In this document: positions 61,734-64,000 of the stretch, one piece after another
Layout of the letters: the number at the start of each line of letters is the position of its first letter
Position numbering within the stretch: the stretch's first letter is position 1
Source: Candidatus Woesearchaeota archaeon
Lineage (GTDB): Archaea; Nanobdellota; Nanobdellia; Woesearchaeales; UBA583
DNA length: 64,000 nt
Assembly: GCA_965205335.1 (NCBI GenBank)
Contig: OZ242164.1
Location: forward strand, 256,001 to 320,000
Direction: 5' to 3'
Position numbers and translations under genes: made by a program
Notes under the pieces: generated by a model
Told to the model about the DNA's origin: nothing
Seen by the model: the letters and a program-made list of their open reading frames with translations, nothing else
Databases searched by the model: none

Positions 61734-62235
61734 GTATTTAATGGACATGAGCACTTTAAAAGATATTAAAGATAATCTTTCTCTCATTGAAGGAATCTGG
61801 GAGTTTATCAATAAACTATATGAAGAAGGAAAAATTATTTTAATAAAAGAATTAGAAGAAGAAATTAAAAAAGGCGATGATAAGGATTTTCTTAAAAAAG
61901 AATTTATTAAAGATAAAAAAATTATTGATGAAAAGAAAACCCAAGATTTTATAGATAGTTATAAGGAAGTAGTTAGTAATTTGCCAGAAGATATTACTGA
62001 GAATTCTATTAAGATAGAGAAACTTGAAAAGGGATGCGATTTTTACTTAGTAGTTTATGCTTACTTCTACAGATTTAAAAGAAATGAGAGAAATGTTTTT
62101 ATCTTAACAAACGAAAGAAAAAAGGGAAACCAACTTAAAATTCCTTATATTGCAGAATTTAGTGGTTGTGAGTGTGTGGACTTCACCCAATTTTTAGAAA
62201 AAGAAGAAAAAAAGGTTAAACTGGTTGATTTATAA
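61726..62235 (+). CDS. DUF4411-like PIN-fold protein
   Basis: KYLMD, EE.KK, D..LV..A, LTNE and KIP..A...GCEC motifs; overlaps the IrrE-like gene, its usual partner. Confidence 0.75.
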   Translation: MNKYLMDMSTLKDIKDNLSLIEGIWEFINKLYEEGKIILIKELEEEIKKGDDKDFLKKEFIKDKKIIDEKKTQDFIDSYKEVVSNLPEDITENSIKIEKLEKGCDFYLVVYAYFYRFKRNERNVFILTNERKKGNQLKIPYIAEFSGCECVDFTQFLEKEEKKVKLVDL

Positions 62236-62343
62236 GAGAATAGAAAAAATATTCCTAAGTGTAATGAACTTAAAAAAATACCCAGTTATCTCCATTTTCA
62301 AACATACTACCTTTGATAGAGAGAATACATACTCACTAAATTA

Positions 62344-63732
62344 TCACTTATCAAACTGAACCTTTGCTTTTCTGCATGCATTCCTGACTATCTCTGGAAG
62401 CGCAGGGTGAACATAAATCATATAAAGCATATCATCTAACTTTGCATTAAAAGTCATTGCATAAATCATCTGATGAATCATTGTTGACGCCTGAGGTCCT
62501 ATAATATGTGCACCAATTAACTTTTGAGTCTTCTTATGAAATAATAACTTAACAAAACCATAATCTGATAAAAACGCCTGCCCCATAGCACTATCCTCAT
62601 ATTTATTCAGCCCAACCACATAAGGAATCTTCTTCTCAATCAAATCCTGCTCTGTATATCCAACCCCTGCAACCTGAGGACTTGAAAAAATCGCATGAGG
62701 CATAGGAGGGTACTTAATAGGTTTCTTCTCACTCTTATCAATCAGAACCGAAACCAAATAATCCGTTTCAAAATTAACACTGTGCCTAAACAAATAATTC
62801 CCAACGCAATCACCAATTGCATAAACTCCCTTAACACCAGTTTCCATATATTCATTCACGCAAATAAACCCAAACCTATTTGTCTTAATCTTTGTATTTT
62901 CAAGTTTGAGCAAATCACCATTTGGCTTAACCCCTGTTGCAACAAGCAAATTATCTCCCTTAACTGTTCTTGTTTTCCCATCCTCATCAGTATGCTTTAT
63001 TATAAATTCCTTATTTTTATACTCAACAGAAACAATTGTTCGCAACTTGGAAATCTTATACTTCTTCTCAAAAACTCTTGTAAACTCATCAATCACATCC
63101 TTATCCTCTCTTGAAACAAAAGGACCTCTTGACAGAAAATGAACATCAGTTCCAAGATTTGAATAAGCGCATCCAAGTTCCACTGCAATATACCCTCCGC
63201 CAATCACAACTAACTTCTTCGGCTGTCTCTCTGCCCTCAGAGCATCCGTTGAAGTCCAGTACGGAGTATCTTTAAGACCTGGAATCGGAGGAATATTAGG
63301 TCTTGCCCCAACAGCAATTACAATCTTTTTCGCTGTAATCTTCTTAGAACCAACCTTAATAACCTTATCTGATACAAACTCTGCCTTAGACTTATACCAA
63401 TCAAGATTCTCAAAACTATTCCTGTATATCTTTGCGAGATGATCTGACTCACCAAAAACAGTATCTGTAATTCTCCCTGTTAATTTCCCAAATCTTACCT
63501 CAAACTTCCTATCAACAATCAAATCAAACTTCTTTGCATTATGTATCTCCTCTGCAACATCAGCAGCATGAATTAACATCTTAGACGGAATACATCCCCT
63601 ATTCAGACAAGTTCCTCCAATCCTCTCTCTCTCAACTACTGCAACACTCAAACCCTTTCTTCTCGCAGACTTCACAATATTCGCCCCTCCGCCTGCACCA
63701 ATCACAATCAAATCATACTCAATAACACTCAT
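62344..63732 (-). CDS. Class I pyridine nucleotide-disulfide oxidoreductase (dihydrolipoamide dehydrogenase / mycothione reductase-like)
   Basis: GGTCLNRGCIPSK, GGGYIAVE, AIGD and C-terminal HPALPE motifs. Confidence 0.88.
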   Translation of the reverse strand: MSVIEYDLIVIGAGGGANIVKSARRKGLSVAVVERERIGGTCLNRGCIPSKMLIHAADVAEEIHNAKKFDLIVDRKFEVRFGKLTGRITDTVFGESDHLAKIYRNSFENLDWYKSKAEFVSDKVIKVGSKKITAKKIVIAVGARPNIPPIPGLKDTPYWTSTDALRAERQPKKLVVIGGGYIAVELGCAYSNLGTDVHFLSRGPFVSREDKDVIDEFTRVFEKKYKISKLRTIVSVEYKNKEFIIKHTDEDGKTRTVKGDNLLVATGVKPNGDLLKLENTKIKTNRFGFICVNEYMETGVKGVYAIGDCVGNYLFRHSVNFETDYLVSVLIDKSEKKPIKYPPMPHAIFSSPQVAGVGYTEQDLIEKKIPYVVGLNKYEDSAMGQAFLSDYGFVKLLFHKKTQKLIGAHIIGPQASTMIHQMIYAMTFNAKLDDMLYMIYVHPALPEIVRNACRKAKVQFDK

Positions 63733-63841
63733 AATAAAAAACAAAAAAACCCATTTATAAAAAATAAGTTTAACTCCCTAATAAAAAAAGATAAAAAATA
63801 CAATCCATTTTATTTTTAAACCCTTACATATTTCCTATAAT

Positions 63842-64000
63842 ATGACAACAGATGCAAAAGAAAATATGTTTAACGAACTCATTTCTGACATCCTAAACAA
63901 AGAATCCATTGACTTCAAAAAACTAAACAACCTCAAAATATCATACGCTAAAAAATACAAATACAAAGAAATCATAAAAAACCCTCAGATTATTGCATTC
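63842..64000 (+). CDS. 5' end of a probable Elp3 tRNA U34 acetyltransferase (cut by the window edge)
   Basis: MTTDAKENMFNELISDILNKESIDFKKLNNLKISYAKKYKYKEIIKNPQIIAF resembles the archaeal Elp3 N-terminal helix pattern (LK...AKKY....P.N..I); only 53 codons visible. Confidence 0.5.
   Translation, partial: MTTDAKENMFNELISDILNKESIDFKKLNNLKISYAKKYKYKEIIKNPQIIAF

Overview
AT-rich window from a small-genome archaeon, probably DPANN (Woesearchaeota/Nanoarchaeota-like). This is inferred from archaeal marker genes (Sdo1/SBDS, Nop10, Trm1, Nip7-like, EndA, Cdc48, PolD DP2, Elp3, type II MAP) and TATA boxes about 30 nt upstream of apparently leaderless starts. Housekeeping genes and three tRNAs (Lys-CTT, Phe-GAA, Ser-GCT) surround four giant modular cell-surface proteins (24.1-33.9 kb and 40.6-54.8 kb). 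All four end in a PGF-pre-PGF-like domain, an acidic/Pro-rich stalk and a TM anchor. Their N-terminal cargo differs: plant-type LRRs, cadherins, LVIVD propellers, Cys-rich repeats, a choice-of-anchor-R-like domain and FN3. The DNA shows signs of module shuffling: a ~1.1-kb direct repeat bracketing a 9.3-kb unit with an rhuM-hsdM remnant, a shared swap junction, near-exact internal duplications, patches of reversed strand skew, and a G14 tract in an orphan signal-peptide leader. Other oddities are a PolD large subunit lacking its N-terminal part (possible split DP2), an amber-interrupted RelE-like toxin, a Cys-less Nop10 absent from the ORF track, and two homopolymer frameshifts (at least one probably an assembly error). 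No CRISPR array, rRNA, integrase, transposase or reverse transcriptase was seen. All family calls come from motif recognition, not database searches.
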